A DNA stretch of 64,000 nucleotides, taken from contig JANOWU010000287.1 in NCBI GenBank assembly GCA_031418035.1, positions 11,583 to 75,582 of the forward strand, given 5' to 3'. Under the pieces are notes generated by a model that was not told where the DNA came from, did no database searches, and saw nothing but the letters and a program-made list of their open reading frames with translations. The translations under genes were made by a program, and so were the position numbers. This stretch comes from Acidimicrobiia bacterium (GTDB lineage Bacteria > Actinomycetota > Acidimicrobiia > Acidimicrobiales > JANYDT01). Shown here one piece after another: positions 63,009 through 64,000 of the stretch. Each line of letters opens with the position of its first letter. Within the stretch, counting starts at the first letter, position 1.

Positions 63009-64000
63009 TCACTTCGGTGTCATGGCCCGCTCGGCAAGTCGTTGATATGCCCACGTGGCAGCGTCTCGCACTCCTTCATCGGCGTGGCTGCGCGCCCCGT
63101 CGACCACGGCGATGACCTGGGGATCATCGGGCGACGCAACGTTGCCGAGGGCCACGAGCGCGTTGCGCCGCAGGGTGCTCGGGTCGCGTTCGGGAAGGTA
63201 GAACCGGCCGTGGCGCGACCGAATCTCGCCGTCGGTATCGGTCGCCAACGCGAGGAGGTCGGTCCAGGGCTGGGCATCGGGTTCGGCGGCGGGAACGAAT
63301 CGTCGCTCTGCGCTTCGATTCGGAGGGCACACCTCCTGGCAGTCGTCGCACCCGTAGATCCGGTCGCCCAGGGCGGACTTGAACTCGTCGGCAAAGATCC
63401 CCGGCTTCTGGGCGAGCCAGGCCAGGCACCGACGCCCATCGACGACGCCCGGTGCAACAATCGCCCCCGTCGGGCAGCCATCGATACATCGCACACAGGT
63501 TCCGCATCCGTCGGCCACCAGCTCCGAGTTCGTGGGCAGCGGTGCGTCGGTCAAGACCGACCCGAGGACGAACCACGACCCGCGTTGGGGAAGAAGCAGG
63601 TTCGCGTTCTTTCCCAGCCAGCCGATCCCGGCGCGGTAGGCGGCGGCACGATCGACGAGGGTGTTGTCGTCGGCCAGGATCCGGGTACGCCACCCGTTGG
63701 CCTTGAGAACTCTCGCCATGGCGCCGAGCCCCTCTTTCAAGGGGGCATAGTGATCGACCCAGGAGTATCGGGCGATACGACCCTGGGGTCGTGCCGGGTC
63801 GGGGTCGACGTCGGCTCGTCGGTACGAGCGGGCGGCAACCACGAGTGTGCGTGCATCGGGAAGTGCGTCGCCCGGTGCCGTGGACCGCGATGGGTTCTTG
63901 AACGTGAAGGCCATGCCGTCGTGCAGACCGGCCGCCTTGCGTCGTTCGATTTCGGTCCGTGCCTCGGTGAACGGTTCGACCGACGCAAAACCGACGGCAT
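63009..64000 (-). CDS. queG: tRNA epoxyqueuosine(34) reductase; 5' end runs off the window
   Basis: 4Fe-4S motifs CGTCVRCIDGCPTGA and CDDCQEVCPPN, plus a HEAT-like C-terminus. The same frame stays open upstream of the ORF-track ATG (63914) to position 64000; my translation reads ...AVGFASVEPFTEARTEIERRKAAGLHDGMAFTF. The gene is therefore N-terminally truncated by the window edge. Confidence 0.85.
   Translation of the reverse strand, partial: AVGFASVEPFTEARTEIERRKAAGLHDGMAFTFKNPSRSTAPGDALPDARTLVVAARSYRRADVDPDPARPQGRIARYSWVDHYAPLKEGLGAMARVLKANGWRTRILADDNTLVDRAAAYRAGIGWLGKNANLLLPQRGSWFVLGSVLTDAPLPTNSELVADGCGTCVRCIDGCPTGAIVAPGVVDGRRCLAWLAQKPGIFADEFKSALGDRIYGCDDCQEVCPPNRSAERRFVPAAEPDAQPWTDLLALATDTDGEIRSRHGRFYLPERDPSTLRRNALVALGNVASPDDPQVIAVVDGARSHADEGVRDAATWAYQRLAERAMTPK

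Noticed and set aside
1-64000. Scan for tRNA, rRNA, riboswitch-sized leaders, transposases, integrases and prophage genes
   Set aside because: The intergenic gaps are mostly under 120 nt. The few longer ones (10639..11091, 37831..38111, 52184..52324) show no cloverleaf-like or rRNA-like sequence that I can recognise by eye. No ORF translation resembles a transposase, integrase or phage protein. A covariance-model search (tRNAscan-SE, Infernal/Rfam) would be needed to be definitive.

Overview
GC-rich, gene-dense chromosomal window with actinobacterial-type content (Bpa proteasome activator, SepF, DivIVA, PimB-like GT4). The lineage call is inference from gene content only. All family calls come from reading motifs in the supplied translations; no database search was run.

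Layout:
(1) 1..11955: a Wzx/Wzy-type polysaccharide locus. It holds Wzz (edge-truncated and missing from the ORF track), Wzx, a GT26 TagA-like enzyme, two hexapeptide acetyltransferases, a GT2, a divergent WbaP-type priming transferase, two orphan ORFs, a Wzy_C membrane protein, a 9-bp tandem array and an SGNH esterase.
(2) 11960..18277: dnaE, a Bpa-like proteasome activator, an Rrf2 regulator, rluD and lspA.
(3) 18274..37830: a long minus-strand division and cell-wall (dcw) block. Order is mraZ-rsmH-ftsL-ftsI-murE-murF-mraY-ftsW-murC-murB-ftsQ-ftsZ-pgeF-yggS-sepF-divIVA, then a DksA/TraR zinc-finger gene. No murD, murG or yggT is visible in it.
(4) 38112..64000: housekeeping and metabolic genes. 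These include pgl, a NadD-like gene, a crotonase, tpx, a lipoate-ligase-like gene, a DEAD-box helicase, a secreted alpha/beta hydrolase, an HNH protein, an acyl-CoA dehydrogenase, the MoxR-DUF58-transglutaminase triad, DUF3040, NUDIX-dinB, YbaK, an IMPase, a PPi-type PFK, glpK, plsC, TetR, SRPBCC proteins, a GT4 and edge-truncated queG.

I found no rRNA, tRNA, CRISPR array, transposase or integrase.

Twenty gene junctions are 4-nt stop/start overlaps (17 ATGA, 3 GTGA). I used them to trim many over-long ORF-track starts.

Most second-look-worthy items:
- the in-frame 9-bp tandem array and its small repeat ORFs beside the Wzy_C gene;
- the DksA/TraR zinc finger carrying a ~350-aa Lys/Ala/Pro/Thr tail;
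- long low-complexity extensions on FtsL and FtsI;
- a dcw cluster without murD and murG;
- candidate phased MraZ boxes upstream of mraZ;
- a translationally coupled NUDIX-DinB pair.

Nothing here can be shown from sequence alone to be a new system. The novelty claims are flagged as inference.
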